From NCBI GenBank assembly GCA_016721945.1, contig JADKHC010000019.1, positions 12,370-76,369 of the forward strand: a stretch of DNA of 64,000 nucleotides. Reading direction: 5' to 3'. A model generated the notes under the pieces. The model was not told the DNA's origin. It did not search any database and saw only the letters and a program-made list of their open reading frames with translations. A program made the position numbers and the translations under genes. Origin of the DNA: Verrucomicrobiota bacterium. GTDB taxonomy: Bacteria > Verrucomicrobiota > Verrucomicrobiia > Opitutales > Opitutaceae. Positions 39,225-48,013 of this stretch are shown here, piece after piece (the first letter of the stretch is position 1; every line of letters begins with the position of its first letter).

Positions 39225-40697
39225 ATGAGCGACAATCCCACCGATAATTCCCACGACCAGTATGCTGTGCGGCTCAAGAAGCTGCAGGATATGCGCGCGG
39301 CTGGCCAGGACCCGTTCCGGGCCAACGTGACCACGACGCATTTTTCGGCCGACGCCAAAGCCCTCTATCAGGAAGGTCAGGACTACGCGGTGACTGTTAC
39401 GGTGGCCGGGCGCTTGATCACGTTTCGCGTTCAAGGTGGCAGCTCGTTCGTCAAGATTCAGGACCAGCAGGGGCCGATTCAGCTTTATTTCCGCAAGGAC
39501 GTTTTGGGTGAAGAACGCTACGGCGTGTTCAAGAAGTCGCTCGATCTGGGCGACATCATCGGTGTCACTGGCACGTTGTTCAAAACCAAGACCGGCGAAA
39601 TCACCGTTCGCGTGGATGCGTTCACGCTCGTCTCAAAGGCACTGCATCCGTTGCCCGAAAAATGGCACGGCCTGACCGACCCCGAGCAAGTTTACCGCCA
39701 GCGTTATCTCGATCTGATCGTCAACGAGGAGTCGCGCAAACGCCTCCAGCTTCGCTCGCGCATCATCTCGCACATCCGCAGCTTCCTCGAAAAGCGCAAC
39801 TTCATCGAAGTCGAGACGCCTGTTCTGCAAGCCATCGCTGGTGGTGCCGCAGCCAAACCATTTAATACCCACCACAATGCGCTTGGCATCGATTTCGTAC
39901 TGCGTATCTCGCTCGAACTTTATTTGAAGCGCATGCTCGTCGGCGGTTTTGACCGCGTGTTCGAAATCGGCCGCAACTTCCGCAACGAAGGTATTTCGCG
40001 CCGTCACAACCCCGAGTTTACCATGATGGAAGTCTATCAGGCCTACAGCGATTTCCGCGGCATGATGACGCTCATCAAGGATCTGCTCACCTCGATCTGC
40101 ACCGAGGTGCTTGGCACGAACCAGATCGTACACCCAGCCAGCGGACAGATGATCAATTTTGCGGGCGAGTGGCGCGAGGTGAAGTACAAGGATCTCATTC
40201 GTGAAGTCACTGGCGATGCCGGTTGGTTCGAGCGCAGCAAGGCGGAGAAGATCGCCGGCGCAGAAAAACTTGGCTGCAGCGTCAATCCGGCGTGGGAAGA
40301 GTTCGAGATCACCAACGAAATTTTCTCAAAGAAAATCGAGCCTACGCTGATTCAGCCGACGTTCGTCACGCATCTGCCGAAGGAACTTTGCCCGTTGGCC
40401 AAGATCACGCTCGACGACCCGACGACGATCGACGTTTTCGAGCTCACGATCGGCGGCATGGAAGTCGCCCCCGCGTATTCCGAACAAAACGATCCTTTCG
40501 TGCAGCGCCAAATGTTCGAAGCGCAGGCCGGCGAGGAAAAGCAGAACATCGACGAAGATTTCCTGCGCGCGCTCGAACACGGCATGCCGCCCGCCGGTGG
40601 TATGGGCGTGGGCATCGACCGTCTCTGCATTCTGCTGACCGGCGCCGAGAGCATCCGCGACGTGATTCTTTTTCCGCAGCTCAGGCCCGGAGCCTGA
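39225..40697 (+). CDS. lysS: Lysine--tRNA ligase, class II
   Basis: ORF trimmed to MSDNPTDNSHDQYAVRLKKLQ... (490 aa). OB anticodon domain and class II motifs FRNEGISRRHNPEFTMMEVY and GMGVGIDRLCILL. Confidence 0.95.
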   Translation: MSDNPTDNSHDQYAVRLKKLQDMRAAGQDPFRANVTTTHFSADAKALYQEGQDYAVTVTVAGRLITFRVQGGSSFVKIQDQQGPIQLYFRKDVLGEERYGVFKKSLDLGDIIGVTGTLFKTKTGEITVRVDAFTLVSKALHPLPEKWHGLTDPEQVYRQRYLDLIVNEESRKRLQLRSRIISHIRSFLEKRNFIEVETPVLQAIAGGAAAKPFNTHHNALGIDFVLRISLELYLKRMLVGGFDRVFEIGRNFRNEGISRRHNPEFTMMEVYQAYSDFRGMMTLIKDLLTSICTEVLGTNQIVHPASGQMINFAGEWREVKYKDLIREVTGDAGWFERSKAEKIAGAEKLGCSVNPAWEEFEITNEIFSKKIEPTLIQPTFVTHLPKELCPLAKITLDDPTTIDVFELTIGGMEVAPAYSEQNDPFVQRQMFEAQAGEEKQNIDEDFLRALEHGMPPAGGMGVGIDRLCILLTGAESIRDVILFPQLRPGA

Positions 40698-40699
40698 AT

Positions 40700-40783
40700 G
40701 GGTTTAAGGGATAAGTGATAAGGGATAAGTCAGAGCTGAGAGGACTGGCTCGACCTTACCACTTATCACTTACAACTTAACCC
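40700..40783. repeat. A+T-rich imperfect inverted repeat (GATAAG-rich arms) filling the lysS-lolC gap
   Basis: Left arm gggtttaagggataagtgataagggataag. The right arm's reverse complement is gggttaagttgtaagtgataagtggtaagg. About 24-nt spacer. Starts 3 nt after the lysS stop. Confidence 0.65.
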
Positions 40784-40790
40784 TAAACGC

Positions 40791-42020
40791 ATGCCCTGGT
40801 ATCTCTACCTCGCTCTCAAGCAGCTTTTCCCGACCGGGCGGCGGTTTCCGTTTTTCACGTTCATCTCGGTGATGGGCGTGGCGCTTGGTGTGGCCTTGCT
40901 GGTTGTGGTCACAAGCGTGATGGGCGGATTTGGCTACGAGATCCGTCGCATGATTGTGGATACCGAGGGCGAGATTCAGATCAAATCCAGCGGTTTCATC
41001 ACAGACTCAGCTGAGGTGTTGAAAAAGGCGAAGGCTGTGCCCGGTGTCGTCGCCGCCACGCCGTACGCGGCCGGTGCGGTGATGATCGAGTATCACGGCA
41101 AGCCTGCTTATCCTGGAATGCGCGGGCTCGACCTCGCGACGGTCGAGGAAGTCGTGCAACTCAGCAAATACGTCCGCCTGGGCTCGCTCGACGATCTTGA
41201 TGACGACTCGGTGATGCTGAGTTCGCAATTGGCGCGTTCGATTGGTGCGAGTCTCGGCAGCAAAATCGAAGTTTACTCGCCGCTCATGATCGAGCGGTTC
41301 AAGAGCGATGAAATCTTTATGCCGCGCGAAGTCCGCGTGGTCGGCATCGTCGAGATCGGCCACCAACAACTCGATAGCAGCACGGTGTATTGCACGATCC
41401 GGCTCGCGCAGGATTTGTACGGGCTTGGCTCTTCGGTCCACGGTATCAATGTGCGGGTGCGCGAGGGGCAGAACGAGGATGCAGTCGCGGCGCGTTTGAA
41501 TACGGCGCTGCCTTACGGCATTCGTGCGTTTTCCTGGATGGATAGTTTTAGCGATTTCCTCTGGGTGTTGCAGCTGGAGAAAAACATGATCTTTTTTCTT
41601 CTGCTCTTTATCGTGATTGTTGCCGGTTTTTCCGTGGCGAGTTCGCTGCTTATTTCGGTCGTGCGCAAGACGCGTGAGATCGGTCTGCTCGGTGCGCTGG
41701 GCGGAAAATCGCGCCAGGTCGCAGCATGTTTTTGTTTTCAAGGACTGATCATTGGCATCTGCGGAACGGCGCTCGGCCTCGGGCTCGGGTTCGTGGCGCT
41801 GACGTTTCGCAACGATTTCGTTCTGCTCGTCACGAAGCTCACGCAACGTGACGAAGTATTGCAGCGTTTCTATCAATTCAGCCAGTTGCCATCGCACACC
41901 GCCGTGAACGATATCGTGCTGATAGTAGTAAGTTCGGTTTTTATTTCAATGCTGGCCGGTCTGCTACCGGCGTGGCGTGCAGCGAGACTTAAACCCGTGG
42001 AGGCGCTTCGCAGTGAGTGA
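40791..42020 (+). CDS. lolC: LolC/LolE-like lipoprotein-releasing ABC permease (MacB/FtsX type)
   Basis: 409 aa. Four TMs with a large periplasmic loop after TM1. C-terminal FtsX motif ...LGALGGKSRQV... and LPAWRAARLKPVEALR. Confidence 0.85.
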   Translation: MPWYLYLALKQLFPTGRRFPFFTFISVMGVALGVALLVVVTSVMGGFGYEIRRMIVDTEGEIQIKSSGFITDSAEVLKKAKAVPGVVAATPYAAGAVMIEYHGKPAYPGMRGLDLATVEEVVQLSKYVRLGSLDDLDDDSVMLSSQLARSIGASLGSKIEVYSPLMIERFKSDEIFMPREVRVVGIVEIGHQQLDSSTVYCTIRLAQDLYGLGSSVHGINVRVREGQNEDAVAARLNTALPYGIRAFSWMDSFSDFLWVLQLEKNMIFFLLLFIVIVAGFSVASSLLISVVRKTREIGLLGALGGKSRQVAACFCFQGLIIGICGTALGLGLGFVALTFRNDFVLLVTKLTQRDEVLQRFYQFSQLPSHTAVNDIVLIVVSSVFISMLAGLLPAWRAARLKPVEALRSE

Positions 42021-42678
42021 ACCCGTTCTCACCGCCAGCGCGTTGCGCAAAACCTATCTGAGCGGCGACCGCCGGATTGAGGTGCTGAGCTGTGTCGATA
42101 TGACAGTGCTGGCGGGTGAAAGCGTGAGCATTCGCGGAGAATCCGGCTCGGGGAAATCCACGTTGCTCAACCTGCTTGCGGCGCTCGATGCGCCCGACAG
42201 CGGCGAGGTTTTTTGGGATGGAAAACCGAGCATCGGTACCGAAGTACGCGGCACATATCTCGGCATGGTGTTCCAATCGTTTTACCTGATTCCGGAGCTC
42301 GACGCATTGCAGAACGTGCTCATGGCGCGACGTATGGTGGGACGAGTTGGTTCGGCTGAAAAAGCGCGCGCCAAGGAGTTGCTCGCGAAAGTCGGACTGG
42401 TCGAGCGGGCGCATCACCTGCCGTCCCAGCTTTCCGGTGGCGAACGTCAGCGTGTTGCCGTGGCGCGGGCGCTCATGAATTCGCCGCAGCTCATTCTCGC
42501 CGATGAACCGACCGGCAACCTCGACGAAAAGACGGGCGATGCGGTGATCGAACTATTGCTCGGGCTTTGCGCCGAAACCAAGACGGCTTTGATTCTCGTC
42601 ACGCACAACGCCGCGCATGCGGCGAAGACGAATCGCAAAACTCTCCTCCACGAAGGGAAACTCCACGATGTTGTTTAA
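42013..42678 (+). CDS. lolD: LolD-like ABC transporter ATP-binding protein
   Basis: Walker A GESGSGKST, signature LSGGERQRVAVARAL, Walker B LILADEPTGNLD. The GTG at 42013 is chosen as the start and overlaps the lolC stop. The ORF track begins at 41977. Confidence 0.88.
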   Translation: MSEPVLTASALRKTYLSGDRRIEVLSCVDMTVLAGESVSIRGESGSGKSTLLNLLAALDAPDSGEVFWDGKPSIGTEVRGTYLGMVFQSFYLIPELDALQNVLMARRMVGRVGSAEKARAKELLAKVGLVERAHHLPSQLSGGERQRVAVARALMNSPQLILADEPTGNLDEKTGDAVIELLLGLCAETKTALILVTHNAAHAAKTNRKTLLHEGKLHDVV

Positions 42679-43666
42679 ATCAAAAAAAGAAAAAATCGTT
42701 TGCGGCGTAATCGGTGTTGGCTCGCTTGGGCAACATCACGCGCGCATCTACGCTTCGATGAAGAACGTCGAGTTCGCCGGCATCTTCGAGACGAGCGATG
42801 CTCGGGCGAAGGAGATCTGCGAGAAGCACAACTGTCGCCGTTTCGCCACGATCGAAGAACTCGGCGAAGTGTGTGACGCGGTTTCGGTGGTGGTGCCAAC
42901 GGATCGGCACGCTGAGGTCGCGCTGCCGTTGTTAGCGAAGGGTTGTCATTTGCTGATCGAGAAACCGATTTGTGCCTCGCTCGAAGAAGCAGAAAAAGTT
43001 CTGGCCGCCGCCCAGGCCGCTCACTGCATCGTACAGGTTGGCCACATCGAACATTTTAATCCGGTGATGAGCTTTCTGGAAAAGGAAATCGACCGGCCGG
43101 GCTACATCACAACCGAACGACTCGCTCCCTACCAAACGCGCGGCACTGAGGTGGGCGTGGTGCTCGATTTGATGATTCACGACATCGGCATCGTGCTGGC
43201 ACTGGTAAAATCGCCGATCGAGAAGATCGACAGCGTAGGCATGAACGTACTTTCAAAAACCGAGGATATCGCCAACGCACGCATCCAGTTTCAGAATGGT
43301 TGTGTCGCGAATCTCAGCGCGAGCCGCATGAGTCTGAAGAAAAATCGCGAGATCCGCATCTTTCAGGACAACGCGTATCTGTCGCTCGATTTCATGAACC
43401 AGAAAGGTCATCTCGTGAAGAAGAGCGACCTGATCGCCTACGGCTTAAAGTTGAAAGTCGGTCTGGCCAAGCCGGGTGACGTGAGTTCGATTCCGGTGGA
43501 CGATATTCCCATTGAAAAAGGCGAACCACTCGCCATCGAGTTAGCGAGTTTCATCGAGAGTGTGACGAAGGCGAAGCAACCGAAAGTCGGAGCAGCACTC
43601 GGCAAGAGTGCGCTTGAAGTAGCGATCACAATCACGGAGCAGATCCGGGCGAATAAGAAGCAATGA
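42668..43666 (+). CDS. Gfo/Idh/MocA-family NAD-dependent oxidoreductase
   Basis: ORF trimmed to the ATG at 42668 (MLFKSKKEKIVCGVIGVGSLGQHHARIY, a Rossmann motif). EKP motif LLIEKPI. The start overlaps the lolD stop. Confidence 0.85.
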   Translation: MLFKSKKEKIVCGVIGVGSLGQHHARIYASMKNVEFAGIFETSDARAKEICEKHNCRRFATIEELGEVCDAVSVVVPTDRHAEVALPLLAKGCHLLIEKPICASLEEAEKVLAAAQAAHCIVQVGHIEHFNPVMSFLEKEIDRPGYITTERLAPYQTRGTEVGVVLDLMIHDIGIVLALVKSPIEKIDSVGMNVLSKTEDIANARIQFQNGCVANLSASRMSLKKNREIRIFQDNAYLSLDFMNQKGHLVKKSDLIAYGLKLKVGLAKPGDVSSIPVDDIPIEKGEPLAIELASFIESVTKAKQPKVGAALGKSALEVAITITEQIRANKKQ

Positions 43667-43677
43667 AAACGATCCAG

Positions 43678-43771
43678 CTCACGCAAAGACGCAAAGGCGC
43701 AAAGACAATCAAGTCATTGTCGGTGCAATGTGTAGACTTTTCTTCTTTGCGGCTTCGCGTCTTTGCGTGAG
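43678..43771. repeat. Palindromic 'CACGCAAAG' element filling the gfo-lpxB intergenic gap
   Basis: ctcacgcaaagacgcaaaggcgcaaaga ...(~35 nt)... tcttctttgcggcttcgcgtctttgcgtgag. Imperfect inverted arms of about 28 bp. Ends 5 nt before the lpxB ATG. Confidence 0.8.
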
Positions 43772-43776
43772 AAGTC

Positions 43777-44928
43777 ATGTCTTCTGCTATTACAAAATCG
43801 ATTTTGAGTTTGCCTGCACCTGTTGCCGGTAAGGTTGATCTACTGATCATCGCTGGCGAGCATTCGGGTGATGAGCATGCAGCGCGGATGTTGAGCGGGG
43901 CACTGGCCCAAAGACCTGGCTTGCGGGTGGCGGCGCTCGGTGGTCCGCGTTTGCGAGCGGCAGGTGCGCAACTCCTGCGTGATATGACGGCGACTTCGGT
44001 GATCGGTTTTGTCGAAACACTGAAGAGCATTTCGTACTTCAAGGCGTTGTTTAGCGAAATCTTGCGCTGGATCGGCGAGCATCAGCCGAGGGCGGTGTGT
44101 TTTGTCGATTCCTCCGGACTGAACTTGCGGATCGCGCAGCAGATGTTTGATCGCGGGCTTTCGGCCAAAGCGGGTGGGAAAATTAAAACGGTTTACTACA
44201 TCAGCCCGCAGATTTGGGCGTCCCGAGCGGGTCGGCGTTTCAAGATGGCGAAATATCTCGATGGTCTGGCGGTGATTTTCCCGTTCGAGCCCGAGGTGTA
44301 TGCAGACACGAAGCTGCCGGTGGAATTTGTTGGGCATCCTTTCATGGCCGAGCATGTGGTGTCGCCGGTGCGCTACGATCTGGATGGCCCTGTGTTGCTT
44401 CTACCGGGTAGTCGACGTTCGGCGGTGGAGCGGATTTTCCCTGTGATGTTGGCGGCATACGAGAAAGTTTCGGAGCGCGATGCGGTCGCGATCTATCCAA
44501 GCCAGGATATTCTTGCCGTGCTGCGTGCGGCGAATCCGCCGTCGCGCGTGGAGTTGCGCCCGGCGGGTGAACCAGTCGCGGCCTCGGCGGTGTTAACTAG
44601 TTCGGGTACGATGTCGATGCGGTGCGCTTTGGCGGGAATCCCTGGTGTGGTCATGTACCGAGCGCATCCGCTGGAGTACGTGCTCGGGCGGATGTTGGTG
44701 AAAGTCCCATATCTCGGCATCGCGAATTTATTGATCAAGGAACCGATGTACCCCGAGTACATCCAAGGCGCCGCGAAACCCGAAGTGCTGGCGAACGAGT
44801 TGAAGGCTTGTCTGAGTAATCCGAGTCGACGTGTGGAGACGGCGGCTCGAGCGGAGAAATTGCGAGCAATCTTGCACCAGCCCGCGAAGGGGAGTGCCGC
44901 GGATTGGTTGGTTCGGCAATTGGGGTGA
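43777..44928 (+). CDS. lpxB: Lipid-A-disaccharide synthase
   Basis: 383 aa. LLIIAGEHSGDEHAARM, YYISPQIWASRAGR, LTSSGTMSM. Confidence 0.9.
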   Translation: MSSAITKSILSLPAPVAGKVDLLIIAGEHSGDEHAARMLSGALAQRPGLRVAALGGPRLRAAGAQLLRDMTATSVIGFVETLKSISYFKALFSEILRWIGEHQPRAVCFVDSSGLNLRIAQQMFDRGLSAKAGGKIKTVYYISPQIWASRAGRRFKMAKYLDGLAVIFPFEPEVYADTKLPVEFVGHPFMAEHVVSPVRYDLDGPVLLLPGSRRSAVERIFPVMLAAYEKVSERDAVAIYPSQDILAVLRAANPPSRVELRPAGEPVAASAVLTSSGTMSMRCALAGIPGVVMYRAHPLEYVLGRMLVKVPYLGIANLLIKEPMYPEYIQGAAKPEVLANELKACLSNPSRRVETAARAEKLRAILHQPAKGSAADWLVRQLG

Positions 44929-44940
44929 GCGATATTTCTG

Positions 44941-45011
44941 GGTAGGGCGCGTTATCCTTAACGGGCGGGAAAATATTCCAACGCGGCGGATTAGGGATAA
45001 TCCGCCCTACC
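44941..45011. repeat. Palindromic element GGTAGGGCG...CGCCCTACC with two hairpins; overlaps the 3' end of hemA
   Basis: Terminal inverted repeat ggtagggcg / cgccctacc. Hairpin gcggatta-ggga-taatccgc. Same architecture as 9869-9955. Confidence 0.75.
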
Positions 45012-46046
45012 TCGGTTATTATTAATCTGCTCCCAGATTGAGTTCGCTTTTTCGATTAAGATTTCGCGGGCGCGTGCTACTTTGGCGGTGCGGGCGGCGA
45101 GATTTTCGTCGGCGATTTTGGCGAGGTCGTCGAGATTGTAGAGAAAGACGTTTTCCTTCTCGACCGCAGACGGATCGACGTCGCGTGGGAGGGCAAGATC
45201 GATCAGGAATAACGGGCGTGCGGGGCGTTTCTTCATCGCCGTTTGGATGGCTTGACTGGTTACGACTGTCTGCGGCGCGGCGGTGGAACAGACGACAATG
45301 TCGAAGTCGGCGAGGGAAGACGACCATTGCTCGAAGGGCAGTGCCGTGGCACCGAGTGTCGTGGCGAGTTCTTGCGCACGTTCGAGGCGACGGCTGGCGA
45401 CGGTGAGCGCTTTCGCGCCACGACTTTGAAAGGCTTTCGCGGTCTTATCGCCGATCTCACCGGCACCGAGCAGCAGAATGCGCGCTTCGGCGAGATCGCC
45501 GAAAATCTTGGTGGCGAGATCGACGGCCACGTTGGCTACGCTGATCTGGCCTTCGGTAATGGCGGTGTGGGTACGGACGTGTTTCGCGTACTGAAAGTTT
45601 TTTTGAAAAACGCGGTTGAGGACCGGGCCAGTGCTGTGGCGCGTTTGGGCGGCGGCGTAAGCCTCCTTCACCTGGCCGAGAATTTCGGTTTCGCCCAGCA
45701 TCTGCGAATCGAGACCGGAGGAGACTTCGAGCAAGTGCTGGATGGCATCGCGGTTGAGCGCATGCTGGCGAATGGCGTGGAACTCGGCTTCGGAGAATCC
45801 TTGGAAGGCGCAGAACTCGCGTTGGAGGTTGTCGACGGTTGCGGTAGAATCAGCGAGACCGTAGAATTCGACGCGGTTGCAGGTGTTGAGCACGGCGTAT
45901 TCACGGAGGCCGGTGAGTTGGCTAAGGCGTTCGCAAAACGCATTCATCTTGTCTGCGGTGAGAGCGAGTTTTTCGCGCAACTCAATCGGGGTGGTGTGAT
46001 GGCTTGCGCCCAGCGTGAACAGCGTCGGGGGAATCGGTTCACTCAT
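44991..46046 (-). CDS. hemA: Glutamyl-tRNA reductase
   Basis: ORF trimmed to the ATG at 46046 (MSEPIPPTLFTLGASHHTTPIELRE). LNTCNRVEFY contains the catalytic Cys. NADPH site LLLGAGEIG. ATGA overlap with the upstream gene. Confidence 0.92.
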   Translation of the reverse strand: MSEPIPPTLFTLGASHHTTPIELREKLALTADKMNAFCERLSQLTGLREYAVLNTCNRVEFYGLADSTATVDNLQREFCAFQGFSEAEFHAIRQHALNRDAIQHLLEVSSGLDSQMLGETEILGQVKEAYAAAQTRHSTGPVLNRVFQKNFQYAKHVRTHTAITEGQISVANVAVDLATKIFGDLAEARILLLGAGEIGDKTAKAFQSRGAKALTVASRRLERAQELATTLGATALPFEQWSSSLADFDIVVCSTAAPQTVVTSQAIQTAMKKRPARPLFLIDLALPRDVDPSAVEKENVFLYNLDDLAKIADENLAARTAKVARAREILIEKANSIWEQINNNRGRADYP

Positions 46047-46897
46047 GGCTGGCTGGTGACGGGCACGAGAGATGGTGTCTTCCGGTTCGATTCGATGATG
46101 CCAAGGGAGAACAGGGCGGCGACGAAAAGTACGATGCAGGTCCACGCCAGACGTTTTGTCAGAAGGATGCCGCGCAGACGCAGGACAAGTGCGACCGCAT
46201 AGGCCAGCCAGATCGAGCCGGTGATGAGAATCTTGATCGCCGCGACGCTGTCGCGATCCTCCATCCAGTGAACATAACCAACCGCGACCGCAGCGCTCAT
46301 CAGCACTGCGCCGGCGGTCAGCAAGCGGAAGTTGATGTGATCGAGATCGACCACCGAGGGTAGAAACGAGAAAACGCCACGGAGGTGATGACGTTGCAAG
46401 CTGAAGACCTGAAGCAGGTACATGATCGAGGTCAGGGCAAGTAGGCCGAAGACGCCGTAGCTGAATAATGCGAGCGCGGCATGAAACTCGATCCAGGGAC
46501 TACCGCTAAACCCTTTGGTCATGCGCGCGATGTCCCATGCGGGGATAAGGAGTGAGACAAGCGTGAGTGTGGCCGAAAGACAGGTGTTGAAATAGCCGAG
46601 CAGACTCAGCCGGAAGGTCGGTCCGATAACGAGGTAGAGCGAGGTGGCGGACCAGGCGGTGAATTGAAAAAGCTCGAAAATATTTGTGATCGGGCAGCCG
46701 TGGACGGCCCGGCCGCGCAGGACAAGACCGACGGTTTGGAGCGTGAAGCCTGCGACGATCAGGATGTACATCCAGACGCGTGACTGTCGGCGTTCGCGCA
46801 GAAGTGCCACGGTCCCGAGGATGAAGCCGGCGAGATACAGCGTGGCGGCAAACCATAGCCAAGTGCGGTCAGAAAATGAGAACATCGTGGGACGCAC
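46043..46897 (-). CDS. CcsA/HemX-like cytochrome c assembly family membrane protein
   Basis: 284 aa and polytopic. The hydrophobic pattern with W-rich segments (WIEFHAALALFSYG..., IWLAYAVAL) resembles the CcsA-like HemX encoded next to hemA in Bacillus. Confidence 0.65.
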   Translation of the reverse strand: MRPTMFSFSDRTWLWFAATLYLAGFILGTVALLRERRQSRVWMYILIVAGFTLQTVGLVLRGRAVHGCPITNIFELFQFTAWSATSLYLVIGPTFRLSLLGYFNTCLSATLTLVSLLIPAWDIARMTKGFSGSPWIEFHAALALFSYGVFGLLALTSIMYLLQVFSLQRHHLRGVFSFLPSVVDLDHINFRLLTAGAVLMSAAVAVGYVHWMEDRDSVAAIKILITGSIWLAYAVALVLRLRGILLTKRLAWTCIVLFVAALFSLGIIESNRKTPSLVPVTSQP

Positions 46898-47323
46898 AGA
46901 CTGTTTATAACGCCGTAAAGGGCAAGTGTGGGAATCAGGTCGGTGATGCGGCTCTCTTTGCCGCAGGTTATACCTGCGATCTGGTTGAGATGTTATAGAG
47001 CTTGGAGCGTTTTTGGCCTATGCTTATTTGAGATAGGGCATTGGTCTTCGAAGTATTTCCAGAATTGCCCGAATTAAGGCATTATGAGCGCCGTGAAATT
47101 GTCCGACTCCGATCACTCTGTATTAAAAAACTCCCTACACGGTTTTTTCCTGGCCGCAGAATCAGCGGCGAGGAACGGTGGTGCGGAAGAATGCTGCCAA
47201 TCGCAAGGAGGGCCAAGTCTATGATCCCTGTGGTTTGCACGCTGCTCTTGCTCGTCGTCGTGGTTGCCTGGGATGTCGAGGCATCGGGTAAGGACAAATC
47301 TTAGGACAGATTTTTTCGGTGTC

Positions 47324-47944
47324 ATGAAAGCTCAACGCGTCCACGTGAAAAAACCAAAATCTGCGGCGAGCCCGAAACGGATCGTCACGGAGAAGCGGGG
47401 TGTTGTAGCGCGGCGGAGTTCTGCGGCAGCGAGCACGTTTTCTCCTGACGTAAGTAACCAAGAGACATTTCCCATCCAGCATTTGTTGCGGATTGCCCGC
47501 CAGAGCGGCGTTGCTGAGCCAATGGCCTGCGCGTCCTCATTAACGTTGCTTATCACTAGCCGGGCGGTGAATCACTGCCTGCATCGTGTATTGAAACCGC
47601 TGGGTTTATCTGAGGGTCGGTTTGTGGCGCTCGTGACGCTCTATGCGCTCGACCCGATGCCGACTAGTTCGGCGGATCTCGCTTATCACACCGAGATCAC
47701 GAGGCCTGCGATGACGGGATTATTGGACACGATGGAAGAACGTGGCTGGATCCATCGCAAACACCGTGTAAATGCCGACCGGCGGTTTTCGTGCGTGTCG
47801 CTGACTGACTCGGGCCGGGAGGTCACGACTTTTGCTATTCAACGCTTCCTCAAATCGGCGGCCGAAATCTCTGAGGATCTGAAACCGACACAGCACAAAC
47901 TGTTCGACAAGATTTGCGCGCAATTTCGTCGCCGCAGTTTGTGA
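47324..47944 (+). CDS. MarR-family transcriptional regulator
   Basis: ORF trimmed to the ATG at 47324. Winged-helix core LSEGRFVALVTLYALDPMPTSSADLAYHTEITRPAMTGLLDTMEERGWIHRKHRVNADRR. The start is uncertain. Confidence 0.8.
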   Translation: MKAQRVHVKKPKSAASPKRIVTEKRGVVARRSSAAASTFSPDVSNQETFPIQHLLRIARQSGVAEPMACASSLTLLITSRAVNHCLHRVLKPLGLSEGRFVALVTLYALDPMPTSSADLAYHTEITRPAMTGLLDTMEERGWIHRKHRVNADRRFSCVSLTDSGREVTTFAIQRFLKSAAEISEDLKPTQHKLFDKICAQFRRRSL

Positions 47945-48013
47945 CACAACGGTGACATGAAACATTTCTCCGACTGCTATTCTAGATTAAGCTGACTCCA
48001 TCGATTTTTACTT

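Noticed and set aside
41007-41897. 296-aa minus-strand ORF
   Set aside because: Antisense to the lolC-like permease, with a non-protein-like Arg/His/Asp-rich composition.
43483-43496. tRNA T-arm-like string gagttcgattccgg
   Set aside because: It lies inside the Gfo/Idh/MocA CDS. No acceptor, D or anticodon stems can be built around it. No tRNA was found anywhere in the window.
45243-46202. 319-aa plus-strand ORF
   Set aside because: Antisense shadow of hemA.
47084-47304. Small ORFs upstream of marR, including MIPVVCTLLLLVVVVAWD...
   Set aside because: They are short, unconserved-looking and overlap each other. This is more likely promoter or leader DNA for the divergent hemX and marR genes.
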